From Bacteroidota bacterium (GTDB taxonomy: Bacteria; Bacteroidota; Rhodothermia; Rhodothermales; JAHQVL01), in NCBI GenBank assembly GCA_039111535.1, contig JBCCIM010000004.1, positions 1,722-65,721 on the forward strand: 64,000 nucleotides of DNA. The letters run 5' to 3'. A program made the translations under genes and the position numbers. Shown here piece by piece: positions 1 to 9,091 of this stretch. The notes beneath the pieces are model-generated. The model did not search any database, was not told the DNA's origin, and worked only from the letters and a program-made list of their open reading frames with translations. Position 1 is the first letter of the stretch; every line of letters begins with the position of its first letter.

Positions 1-927
1 GATTTGCAACTGGATCTGCTGAACAGGGAAGCGCAGTTTTATGAGACGATGAACTTCTTGCGGGAGGCACGCCTCTCCATGGAGCAAAATACGCTCAACC
101 TCCGCCAGCAGATTGTGGAGATCAATTACCAGATCACCCGCCTGCAGCGGCAGCACGCGCGTAATGAAGAGCTATTTAGCAAAGAGCTGATTTCAGACAA
201 CGATTACCATGAAGTGGCTGATGAACTGGAATATCAGAAACAGCGCAGAACGCTTACCCTGGCTTCACACAAGCAGGATTCCCTGATGCGGCTTGTACAG
301 GTAAGCTCACTGGAATCTTCGGTTGAGCGGTTGCAACGCAACCTTGATGTGGTGCGGGCGAACCTGGAAAACCTCGTGGTTCGCGCGCCGATTGCCGGCC
401 AACTTACCTCTTTTGATGTGGAAGTAGGGGAAGCCATTGGCGTCAGCCGGCGCATCGGGCAAATAGACAAACTCGATGGCTTTCGGGTCAATGTGCCCAT
501 TGATGAACATTACCTGACCCGCATCAACACAGGACAAATGGGGTCTTTCACCCTCGCGTCGTCAGACTATGCCTTGCAGATCCGGAAAGTTTACCCGGAA
601 GTGCAAAATGGGCGTTTTGAAGTCGACATGGAATTTACCGATGAAAGCCCGGCCGGCATTCGCCGAGGGCAGACCCTTCGCATCCGATTGGAACTGGGTG
701 ACCTGACCGAGGCGCTGCTGGTGCCCAAAGGCGGATTCTTCCAGCAAACGGGTGGCAACTGGATTTTTGTTGTTGAAAATGGCGAGGCCACGCGACGCGA
801 TATCCAGTTGGGCCGGCAAAACCCGCAGTTTTATGAAGTGCTTTCTGGCTTGCAGCAAGGAGAGCGCGTCGTTACATCTTCTTACGATACGTTTGGCAAC
901 GTGGACCGCCTGGTGCTCCAGGAGTAA
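1..927 (+). CDS. HlyD/MacA-type periplasmic adaptor (membrane fusion protein), N-terminus cut by window edge
   Basis: The frame is open from base 1. A coiled-coil-like segment (QQIVEINYQITRLQRQHARNEELF) is followed by a beta-rich C-terminus (GNWIFVVENGEATRRDIQLGRQN). It lies directly upstream of an ABC ATPase and FtsX permeases, as in macAB-type operons. Confidence 0.75.
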   Translation, partial: DLQLDLLNREAQFYETMNFLREARLSMEQNTLNLRQQIVEINYQITRLQRQHARNEELFSKELISDNDYHEVADELEYQKQRRTLTLASHKQDSLMRLVQVSSLESSVERLQRNLDVVRANLENLVVRAPIAGQLTSFDVEVGEAIGVSRRIGQIDKLDGFRVNVPIDEHYLTRINTGQMGSFTLASSDYALQIRKVYPEVQNGRFEVDMEFTDESPAGIRRGQTLRIRLELGDLTEALLVPKGGFFQQTGGNWIFVVENGEATRRDIQLGRQNPQFYEVLSGLQQGERVVTSSYDTFGNVDRLVLQE

Positions 928-984
928 GGTGCACACACCCAAAGCCACGTTCCTCTGAACTTATTCTGAATAGAACCTAACGTT

Positions 985-1680
985 ATGATTCGCACTAAGA
1001 ACCTGACCAAAGTATACCGCACGGAAGACATTGAGACCTCAGCCCTGGGCGGCGTAGATATCGAAATCCAGGCCGGAGAGTTTGTATCAATCATGGGACC
1101 CTCCGGGTGCGGCAAGTCTACTTTGCTGAACATTCTTGGCCTGCTCGACAATCCTTCCGGCGGCGCCTACCATTTCTTCGGCGAAGAAGTTGCCGGCTTT
1201 ACAGAGCGGCAACGCGCCGGCCTCCGCAAAGGCAGCATCGGGTTTGTCTTCCAAAGCTTCAACCTGATCGACGAGCTGTCGGTTTTTGAAAACGTAGAAC
1301 TGCCACTGCTCTATATCGGCGTGAATGCCAAGGAGCGCGAAGAGAAAGTACACGCGGCGCTAGACCGGGTAGGAATGATGCACCGCCGCAAGCACTTCCC
1401 GCAACAACTCTCAGGTGGACAGCAGCAGCGTGTTGCCATAGCGCGGGCTGTGGTAGCCATGCCCAAGTTGATCCTTGCTGACGAACCTACGGGTAACCTG
1501 GATTCGGCGCATGGACAGGAAGTGATGAAGCTGCTGACTGAGCTCAACGAAGCCGGCACAACAATCATCATGGTAACGCACTCGCCAGCAGACGCTGAGT
1601 ATAGCCACCGCGTGATTCACTTGTTTGACGGACACGTCGTGAGCGAGAACTTCATGCGCGAAAAATACGCCCTCAACTAG
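985..1680 (+). CDS. ABC transporter ATP-binding protein (MacB/LolD-type NBD), copy 1
   Basis: Walker A GPSGCGKST, signature LSGGQQQRVAIARA, Walker [14 protein letters not shown]-loop VTHS. Confidence 0.95.
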   Translation: MIRTKNLTKVYRTEDIETSALGGVDIEIQAGEFVSIMGPSGCGKSTLLNILGLLDNPSGGAYHFFGEEVAGFTERQRAGLRKGSIGFVFQSFNLIDELSVFENVELPLLYIGVNAKEREEKVHAALDRVGMMHRRKHFPQQLSGGQQQRVAIARAVVAMPKLILADEPTGNLDSAHGQEVMKLLTELNEAGTTIIMVTHSPADAEYSHRVIHLFDGHVVSENFMREKYALN

Positions 1681-1782
1681 GCGCTGTCCAATAATAAAAA
1701 ACAGCCAGCACCTATCCCGAACCTGATCCGGGATCTCATGACACGGTAGTGAAGGACCATCCTGTACTTAAACCCACCCGCT

Positions 1783-4143
1783 ATGCTAAAGAACTATTTC
1801 AAAATCGCCGGTCGCAATCTGCGGCGCAACCTGGGATATACCTCCATCAATATAGGCGGCCTGGCGGTTGGTATTGCGTGTGTCTTGCTCATTCTGGCAT
1901 ATGTCCGCGATGAGGCGGGGTACGATGATTTTCATGTGGATGCTGAACGCATTTATCGTGTGCATGTCGGGGAAGACCAGGAAGTGACACCGACAGCCAT
2001 TGCGCCCGTTTTGAAGCGTAGTGTCCCTGAAGTGGAAGCCGTAACGCGGCTGTATGACGTCGGGCGATTCCAGCCCCCCGTTGTACGACGCGGGACCATG
2101 CAAGCGCTCGAATCGAGCTTCTTCTATGCGGATTCAACCGTGTTTGATGTGTTTTCGCTACCCCTTGTGGTAGGGAGTCCATCTGATGCTCTCAGCCGGC
2201 CCCGAACCCTGGTTATCTCACAGACCCTGGCAGCCAAATACTTTGGGGATGAGAACCCGATCGGCCAGACCCTGGAAATCGGTCAGCGGCGGACCCCATT
2301 TGAAATAACCGCTGTAATGGCAGATCTCCCGAGTCAGTCTCACGTCCAGTTTGGTTTGATGGCATCATTCAATACAACCGGATGGGCAGATCGGGAGATT
2401 TGGGATTCTGCCAACTTCTTTACCTATGCAAAACTGGTTAATGCCGGCGCTGCATCAGCTGTATCTGCAAAAATGGCTAACCTTGTAGAGGAAGCACGGA
2501 TAAGTGGATTGGTTGATGATGACTACAGCCTGTCGCTGTTTCCGCTGATAGGGATACATCTCGATTTTGAAGGACGGTCGATTTATCTGTACCTGTTGTC
2601 TGCCATTGCATTGATGATTTTGCTGATTGCCTGCGTGAACTACATTAACCTGGCAACTGCTCGTGGGGCTCGGCGCGCGCGGGAAGTCGGGGTGCGCAAG
2701 GTAGCTGGCGCAGAGCGGTTGCAGCTGATAAACCAGTTTCTGAGCGAATCGGCGCTAACAACCTTGCTTGCCTTGGGTTTGGCTGTATTGATAGCTGAAC
2801 TCGCACTGCCCTTTTTCAACGACATCACTGGCAAAACGCTGGACTTGAACTACTTTGCTGATCCCATGCTTTGGGTGAGTATGGCCGGCATATTATTGCT
2901 TGTTGGCATTGCCGGTGGAGCGTACCCGGCGTTTATGCTCTCATCGTACGAGCCCGGGCATATATTCAAAACGACATCGCAAGCCGGAACGGGCGGAAGC
3001 GGGCTGCGGCGCTCACTTGTGGTTTTTCAATTCTCTGTATCAGTGGTGCTGATTGTAGGTACCGCGGTCATTTACCAGCAATTGCGCTACATACAGGACA
3101 AAGACCTGGGGTTCAACAAAGAGCAACTTGTTGTTTTGCCGATGGGACTCGGGAATGCCATTGAAGAATCCTATCCATCGATTCGGGGTGCCCTGTTGCA
3201 GGAAACGCAGATTGAGAGCGTGGCTGCCATCAATCACATTCCAGGGTACCAGGAAGGCGGCTACGGGTTTTGGGCAGCCGGCGTATTTGAAGACAGTAAC
3301 ACACTGCCTGATATCGGTGGGGTGCCTTCAGATCCGCATGTGGTTGAAACACTGGGACTTCGGCTGGTTGCCGGCCAGGACTTTCTTCCAATGACTGCCG
3401 ATTCCATCACTTCCGGTACGTACCAATATCTCCTGAATGAGGCGGCTGTAGCAGAAGCCGGCTGGACACCCGAAGAAGCCATCGGCAGGCGGATTGCGCT
3501 GTCTGGAAACCGTATGGGTGCCGTCCGGGGCGTCATTGCAGACTATCACTTCCTTTCGCTCCACGAGAAAATTCAGCCCCTGGCTTATTTTTATGAGCCT
3601 TCAGGCTGCAACTACATGCTGGTGCGGCTTGCCGCTGGCAATACTTCAGAAGCAATGGAGCGGGTGGCTGAAGTCTGGGCCGCCATGTTGCCTGACAGGC
3701 CATTCAATTACACATTCCTTGATGACGAAATCGGCGCGCTCTATCGCAGTGAGCAGCAAACAAGCCGCGTGTTTTTCCTCTCTGCAATGCTTGCCATTTT
3801 TATCGCCTGTCTGGGCCTGTTTGGGCTAGCTGCTTTCACCACGGCGCAGCGGCGGAAAGAAGTAGGCATCCGCAAAGTGATGGGCGCGAGTGTTTGGCAG
3901 GTCATGGTGCTCCTGACCAAAGAGTTTTCCTGGCTGGTTGTGCTTGGGTTTGGCATTGCAGCGCCAATTGCCTTTGCAATCACGCAGCAGTGGCTACAGA
4001 ATTTTGCATACAAAGCGCCTCTTTCGATCTGGCTATTCCTTACAGCCGGCCTGCTTGTACTCTGTATCGCATGGTTCACGGTTGGCTACCAGGCGTTTCG
4101 TGCAGCGCGTGTCAATCCGGTTAATGCACTACGCTATGAGTAG
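1783..4143 (+). CDS. ABC transporter permease, duplicated FtsX / MacB periplasmic-core architecture (paralog 1)
   Basis: 786 aa. N-terminus is MLKNYFKIAGRNLRRN followed by a TM segment. There are two FtsX-type modules (REVGVRKVAGA and KEVGIRKVMGA, each followed by TM helices). C-terminal tail is ARVNPVNALRYE. Confidence 0.9.
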   Translation: MLKNYFKIAGRNLRRNLGYTSINIGGLAVGIACVLLILAYVRDEAGYDDFHVDAERIYRVHVGEDQEVTPTAIAPVLKRSVPEVEAVTRLYDVGRFQPPVVRRGTMQALESSFFYADSTVFDVFSLPLVVGSPSDALSRPRTLVISQTLAAKYFGDENPIGQTLEIGQRRTPFEITAVMADLPSQSHVQFGLMASFNTTGWADREIWDSANFFTYAKLVNAGAASAVSAKMANLVEEARISGLVDDDYSLSLFPLIGIHLDFEGRSIYLYLLSAIALMILLIACVNYINLATARGARRAREVGVRKVAGAERLQLINQFLSESALTTLLALGLAVLIAELALPFFNDITGKTLDLNYFADPMLWVSMAGILLLVGIAGGAYPAFMLSSYEPGHIFKTTSQAGTGGSGLRRSLVVFQFSVSVVLIVGTAVIYQQLRYIQDKDLGFNKEQLVVLPMGLGNAIEESYPSIRGALLQETQIESVAAINHIPGYQEGGYGFWAAGVFEDSNTLPDIGGVPSDPHVVETLGLRLVAGQDFLPMTADSITSGTYQYLLNEAAVAEAGWTPEEAIGRRIALSGNRMGAVRGVIADYHFLSLHEKIQPLAYFYEPSGCNYMLVRLAAGNTSEAMERVAEVWAAMLPDRPFNYTFLDDEIGALYRSEQQTSRVFFLSAMLAIFIACLGLFGLAAFTTAQRRKEVGIRKVMGASVWQVMVLLTKEFSWLVVLGFGIAAPIAFAITQQWLQNFAYKAPLSIWLFLTAGLLVLCIAWFTVGYQAFRAARVNPVNALRYE

Positions 4144-4196
4144 GGCATATGGGTACCCGGTGATACGCATCAAATGGCTTTAAACAGATCAACACC

Positions 4197-6602
4197 ATGC
4201 TCAAGAATTACCTCAAAGTAGCTTTCCGAAACCTGCGCCGGCATCCCGGACAGACAGGCATCAACATCGTTGGGCTCGGTATGGGCATTGCCTGTGCCAT
4301 GCTTGCCATGCTGTTTCTGCATAACGAGGTCACGTACGACAAATTTCACGATGATATAGATGATATCTACCGGGTGACGTCGCGTTTTGCCAAAACCATC
4401 CAGTTTACTGTTGTCCCAGATCCGATGGTGCCGGCGGCAATTGAAGAGATCCCGGACATCGTTGATGGCACCAGGGTTTGGGCCAGTGAAGTGCTCATTG
4501 CACAAGATACCGAGTTGTACGAGGAGCAGGCATCGTACGTAGATCCTTCGTTTTTTGATGTGTTCTCGTTTCCATTGCTCTCGGGGTCGCGTGTTTTTGA
4601 TAAGCCACATGAAGTGATGCTTTCGCCGGCGCTTGCAAAGAAATATTTTGGCGAAACGAACCCGATAGGGCAGACCCTTTCTTTGCAACTCAATGAAGGC
4701 TTTCAGGCCTATACGGTGGTTGGGGTAACCGCACCCGTCCCCGAAAACTCGTCCATCGATTTTGACATGCTGCTTCCCTTTTCTCAGCGGTATGAACTGA
4801 AAGACCCTGCAGATGAAGAATCATGGGCGAGTTATGGGGTGACCGGGTTTATTCAATTGCGGGCAGATGCGGACACCGCGGCGGTTAGCCAGCAATTGCT
4901 CTCCCTGCTCGATAAGTACAGTGGGGAGCGGATTCGGGAGGAAGAGGCTGCACTGACAGACTATGCGTTTCTCCTTTCCCCACTGGCAAAACACCACCTC
5001 GCCGGGACGGGTCTGGGCGGGCACGGGATTTCATCGGGTACCAACCCGTCGTATGTCTACATCCTCTCAGTTATTGCTGGCCTTGTGCTGTTGATTGCCT
5101 GTTTTAACTTTATGAATTTGTCGATTGGACAGGCTTCGAGTCGGCTTAAGGAAGTGGGGGTGCGCAAGGTCATCGGCGCGGCGAGAAAGCAGCTTGTTTT
5201 GCAGTTTAGCTTTGAAGCGTTATTACTCAGCGCAATTGCTGCTGCCATAGGCGGGATCCTCGTGTATATCGCGTTGCCACATTTCAACAATTTAACGGGT
5301 AGTGCACTTTCCGTCGCATTTGTTGATGGGCCGCTTGTGGCGGGTACGTTTCTCTTTGTCACATGTACAACGGCTTTCTTCGCCGGCGCCTATCCCGCGA
5401 TCATGCTGGCCGGCGTTGGTTCTATGGCGGCTTTTGGAGGCAAATACAAATTTGGCGGGGCCAATTTCTTTACCCGGTCACTTGTTGTGTTACAGTTTGC
5501 CTGCACCATCATGTTTCTGATCGGGACGGTGTTTGTGAGCCAGCAGCAAGCGTTCATGCGCAATGCAAGCCTTGGCTTCGAGCAAGAGCAGCTTGTTGTG
5601 TTGCCCGTTTCAGCACCATCAAATCAGCCACAAGCCGGCGCGCAGCTGCTTGAACGGTTTCAGGCACATATGAATGGACATCCAACGGTCCACGCAATTG
5701 TCGGCACCTCCAATGCATTTGCTGATGGCAATTCAGCAACCATGAAAACCCTCGAAGACGGACGGCAGCAGATTCTCTACACCTACCGGGTTGACAATGC
5801 TTTTGTGGATGTAATGGAAATACCCGTCGCAACTGGCCGCAACTTCGACGCATCGAAACCTACCGATGCCCAGGCCGGCATTCTGGTCAATGAAGCGTTT
5901 GCCCGGGTGTTTGCTATGGATAATCCCGTCGGACAAGTGGTGCCAGTTGACCTGGTTGGTATCGACAATCCTGTTATTCTCGGGGTTATGGAAGACTTCC
6001 ATTTTGAAAGCCTGCACCAGCAAATCAAGCCGGTATTCTTCCATCAGCAAGCTGGCAATTACAAAATCAATTTCTTGCTGGCCCGCATTGCACCACACGA
6101 TGTGCCGGCCAGTATCGACGCGTTGCGGGCTGCATGGGGCGAATTGCAGCCCGGTTATCCTTTTGACTACTACTTCCTCGATGAAGCCATCGATGCCCAG
6201 TACCAGGCTGAAGAAAGATGGGCACGTGCCATGCGCTATGCGTCCTGGATTGCCATTTTCATCGCATGCCTGGGTTTACTCGGACTGACCTCAATCACCA
6301 TGTCCAAACGCACCAAAGAAATCGGAATCCGCAAAGTGCTCGGCGCTTCTGTGCCCGGATTGGTGCAACTGCTTTCTCGTGAGTTTGCGGTGCTTGTTGT
6401 CCTTGCAAACGTACTTGCGTGGCCCCTGGCCTTTTTCGCACTGGAGTGGTGGCTTGGGGCTTTCTCCTACCAGATCGATTTGAGCCTCATTGTTTTTGCC
6501 GGCATCGGTTTGCTCACGCTGGGCATCGCCTTGCTCACGATCAGCTTTCAAAGTATCAGAACGGCCCGGGCAAATCCTGTTTCAGCACTGCGATACGAAT
6601 AG
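4197..6602 (+). CDS. ABC transporter permease, duplicated FtsX/MacB type (paralog 2)
   Basis: 801 aa. Same N-terminal signature (MLKNYLKVAFRNLRRH). Motifs KEVGVRKVIGA and KEIGIRKVLGA. Tail ARANPVSALRYE. Confidence 0.9.
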   Translation: MLKNYLKVAFRNLRRHPGQTGINIVGLGMGIACAMLAMLFLHNEVTYDKFHDDIDDIYRVTSRFAKTIQFTVVPDPMVPAAIEEIPDIVDGTRVWASEVLIAQDTELYEEQASYVDPSFFDVFSFPLLSGSRVFDKPHEVMLSPALAKKYFGETNPIGQTLSLQLNEGFQAYTVVGVTAPVPENSSIDFDMLLPFSQRYELKDPADEESWASYGVTGFIQLRADADTAAVSQQLLSLLDKYSGERIREEEAALTDYAFLLSPLAKHHLAGTGLGGHGISSGTNPSYVYILSVIAGLVLLIACFNFMNLSIGQASSRLKEVGVRKVIGAARKQLVLQFSFEALLLSAIAAAIGGILVYIALPHFNNLTGSALSVAFVDGPLVAGTFLFVTCTTAFFAGAYPAIMLAGVGSMAAFGGKYKFGGANFFTRSLVVLQFACTIMFLIGTVFVSQQQAFMRNASLGFEQEQLVVLPVSAPSNQPQAGAQLLERFQAHMNGHPTVHAIVGTSNAFADGNSATMKTLEDGRQQILYTYRVDNAFVDVMEIPVATGRNFDASKPTDAQAGILVNEAFARVFAMDNPVGQVVPVDLVGIDNPVILGVMEDFHFESLHQQIKPVFFHQQAGNYKINFLLARIAPHDVPASIDALRAAWGELQPGYPFDYYFLDEAIDAQYQAEERWARAMRYASWIAIFIACLGLLGLTSITMSKRTKEIGIRKVLGASVPGLVQLLSREFAVLVVLANVLAWPLAFFALEWWLGAFSYQIDLSLIVFAGIGLLTLGIALLTISFQSIRTARANPVSALRYE

Positions 6603-6651
6603 GTATTCGCCTTTTTGTCCTTATTCAAGCTATAAAACCAAAAAGCTGCAC

Positions 6652-9048
6652 ATGCTCAAGAGTTATTTCAAAAGCGCATTGCGGAGCCTGCGGATGCAAC
6701 CCGGGCTTGCACTTATCAACCTGTTTGGGCTGGCGGTTGGATTGGCCTGCTGCATCTTAATTACGCTTTACCTGCAAGATGAACTCGGATACGATTCTTA
6801 TCACGAAAATGGCCCGCAGATTCACCGTGTTGTGATCGATTACACAACAAACGGCGTCAAGCGCGAGCAGGGGTATACGCAGGGCATGCTGGCGCCGCTG
6901 CTAAAAGAAGAAATCCCCGAAATCAGTGATGCTGTACGATTGCTGGGCACCGGGGGCATCATGAGCTACGGAGACCGGCAGTTCAACGAAACGCGGCTTA
7001 TTGTATCAGACCCGGCTGTGTTTTCTGTTTTCAGTTTTGAACTGCTTCGGGGTGCGCCTGAAGAGGTGTTGTCAGCGCCCGGCAGTATTGTGCTTACGGA
7101 AATGATGGCTGAAAAATACTTTGGCCGTGCTGATCCTATTGGAGAAGTGTTACAGTTTAGCAACGACCGTCAATTGACCGTCACCGGCATTGTAGCTGCA
7201 CCGCCGGCGCAATCACACTTCACATTTGAAGGCATTATTTCCATGGCCACGCTGGACACTGCAGATGCGCCTTCGTGGATGTTCAGCGAATGGCTGTCTA
7301 CTTTTGTACAGACGTACGTGTTGCTCGGCGAGGGCACCACTGCACCACAGGTTGAAGCAAAAATTGCTGGCCTTGTTGAGCGCCGCGCCGGCGAAATGAT
7401 GCGAGGCGCCAACCGATGGGTTGACCTGTACCTTGAACCCTTATCTACGATTTATTTGACCTCTGAACGCGACGGGCTGGGAACGCGGGGCAGCCTGACC
7501 AATCTGTATGTGTTTGGGTTTATTGCCGGCTTTATTCTGCTGATTGCGTGTATCAATTTCATGAACCTCGCCACGGCGAGGGCCATGCGGCGCGCACGAG
7601 AAGTAGGGGTAAGGAAGTCTCTTGGGGCAGCCCGTCAACAGCTGGTTTTACAGTTTTTGCTAGAGGCGCTTTTTACTACGTTACTGGCTACGGCATTGGC
7701 TGTCGGGTTGGCTGGCTTGAGCATGGGGGCCTTTAATGATCTTGCTGGCAAATCCCTCGGGATACAAGCATTGCTTGATGGCCGCAATTTACTCGTGCTA
7801 TTTGCAATGGTAGGCATTGTAACCTTGCTTGCCGGCAGTTATCCCGCGCTGGTATTGTCTGGGTTTGAGCCCATGGGTGTGTTGAAAGGCAAAATGGGGA
7901 ACTGGCGTAGGGGGGAGGGCTTGCGTAAATCGCTCGTTGTATTCCAATTTGCAATCTCGATTGCGCTGATCGTGGCGACGGGCGTGGTGTACTACCAACT
8001 GCAATTTATGAAAGGCCAGCAGCTAGGCTTCGAAAAAGAGCAGGTGCTTGTCCTGGATTTTCAGGGAGATGATGAGGTACAGCAACAACTGCCTGCCATT
8101 AAATCTGAAATGCGCCGGCAGCCGGGGGTACTGGCCGTTTCAACATCGCAAACGGTACCTGGTCGTGGCTTGCCAGCAAGTGGCGGTGCGGTGCAACTCG
8201 CGGATGGCGTTTCGCAGGATATAAGCGTTGGACTGTACATGGTAGATTTCCCGTTTGTTGACTTGTACCAAATGGAAATGGTTGCCGGCCGTGATTTCAA
8301 TAGCCAGATCGCTTCAGATTCTACGGCGGCGCTCCTCTTGAATGAAACAGCTGTTGCCCAACTGGGCCTGTCTTCTCCCGAAGATGCCCTTGGGCTTGAA
8401 GCAAGCTTCTGGGGTAATGCTGGCCGTGTTGTGGGCGTAGTCCGCGATATTCACCACTTCGCCTTGCAAACCAGCGTTACGCCGATGGCCTTGCGGATTG
8501 ATCGGGATAACCAGTCCCTCTTTTCCGTGCGCATCGCACCAGAGAACATTTCACAAACAGTGGCGGCGTTGCAGGGCGTATGGCAGCAGATGGTACCAAG
8601 CCGGCCTTTTACTTACGAATTTTTGGATGAAACCTTTGATGCCCAGTATCGCGCTGAAGAACGGTTTGGTCGTGTCTTTTTTGTCTTCACCGTGCTGGCA
8701 TTGCTGATCGCGTGCCTCGGACTATTTGGGCTTGCTGCCTACACCGTTGCCTATCGCACCAAAGAAATTGGAATACGCAAAGTGCTTGGCGCATCAACGC
8801 AATCTGTGATTTTGTTGTTGTCAAAAGACTTTACGCAGCTTGTGCTGATAGCCGTCTGCCTGGCTACGCCGGCTGCTTACTTTGCCATGCAGTCGTGGCT
8901 AGAGGCCTTTCCTTACCGGATCGGTGTGCCGTGGTGGCTCTTTGTAGGCGCCGGCGCACTTGCGCTCATAATCGCGTCCCTCACGGTTGGCGCGCAGTCG
9001 CTTCGCGCTGCCAATACCAACCCGGTAGAAGCACTAAAGCGCGATTAA
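6652..9048 (+). CDS. ABC transporter permease, duplicated FtsX/MacB type (paralog 3)
   Basis: The track ORF starts at 6490 and overlaps paralog 2. The ATG at 6652 gives MLKSYFKSALRSLR, matching the N-termini of the paralogs. Motifs REVGVRKSLGA and KEIGIRKVLGA. Confidence 0.88.
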   Translation: MLKSYFKSALRSLRMQPGLALINLFGLAVGLACCILITLYLQDELGYDSYHENGPQIHRVVIDYTTNGVKREQGYTQGMLAPLLKEEIPEISDAVRLLGTGGIMSYGDRQFNETRLIVSDPAVFSVFSFELLRGAPEEVLSAPGSIVLTEMMAEKYFGRADPIGEVLQFSNDRQLTVTGIVAAPPAQSHFTFEGIISMATLDTADAPSWMFSEWLSTFVQTYVLLGEGTTAPQVEAKIAGLVERRAGEMMRGANRWVDLYLEPLSTIYLTSERDGLGTRGSLTNLYVFGFIAGFILLIACINFMNLATARAMRRAREVGVRKSLGAARQQLVLQFLLEALFTTLLATALAVGLAGLSMGAFNDLAGKSLGIQALLDGRNLLVLFAMVGIVTLLAGSYPALVLSGFEPMGVLKGKMGNWRRGEGLRKSLVVFQFAISIALIVATGVVYYQLQFMKGQQLGFEKEQVLVLDFQGDDEVQQQLPAIKSEMRRQPGVLAVSTSQTVPGRGLPASGGAVQLADGVSQDISVGLYMVDFPFVDLYQMEMVAGRDFNSQIASDSTAALLLNETAVAQLGLSSPEDALGLEASFWGNAGRVVGVVRDIHHFALQTSVTPMALRIDRDNQSLFSVRIAPENISQTVAALQGVWQQMVPSRPFTYEFLDETFDAQYRAEERFGRVFFVFTVLALLIACLGLFGLAAYTVAYRTKEIGIRKVLGASTQSVILLLSKDFTQLVLIAVCLATPAAYFAMQSWLEAFPYRIGVPWWLFVGAGALALIIASLTVGAQSLRAANTNPVEALKRD

Positions 9049-9091
9049 CCCCGGTAACAATAACATTCTCCATTTATCACCGTTGTGAGCC

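Noticed and set aside
6490-6651. N-terminal 54-aa extension of the third permease ORF in the six-frame track
   Set aside because: It overlaps the 3' end of permease 2. The ATG at 6652 reproduces the conserved MLK(N/S)YFK N-terminus of all the paralogs.
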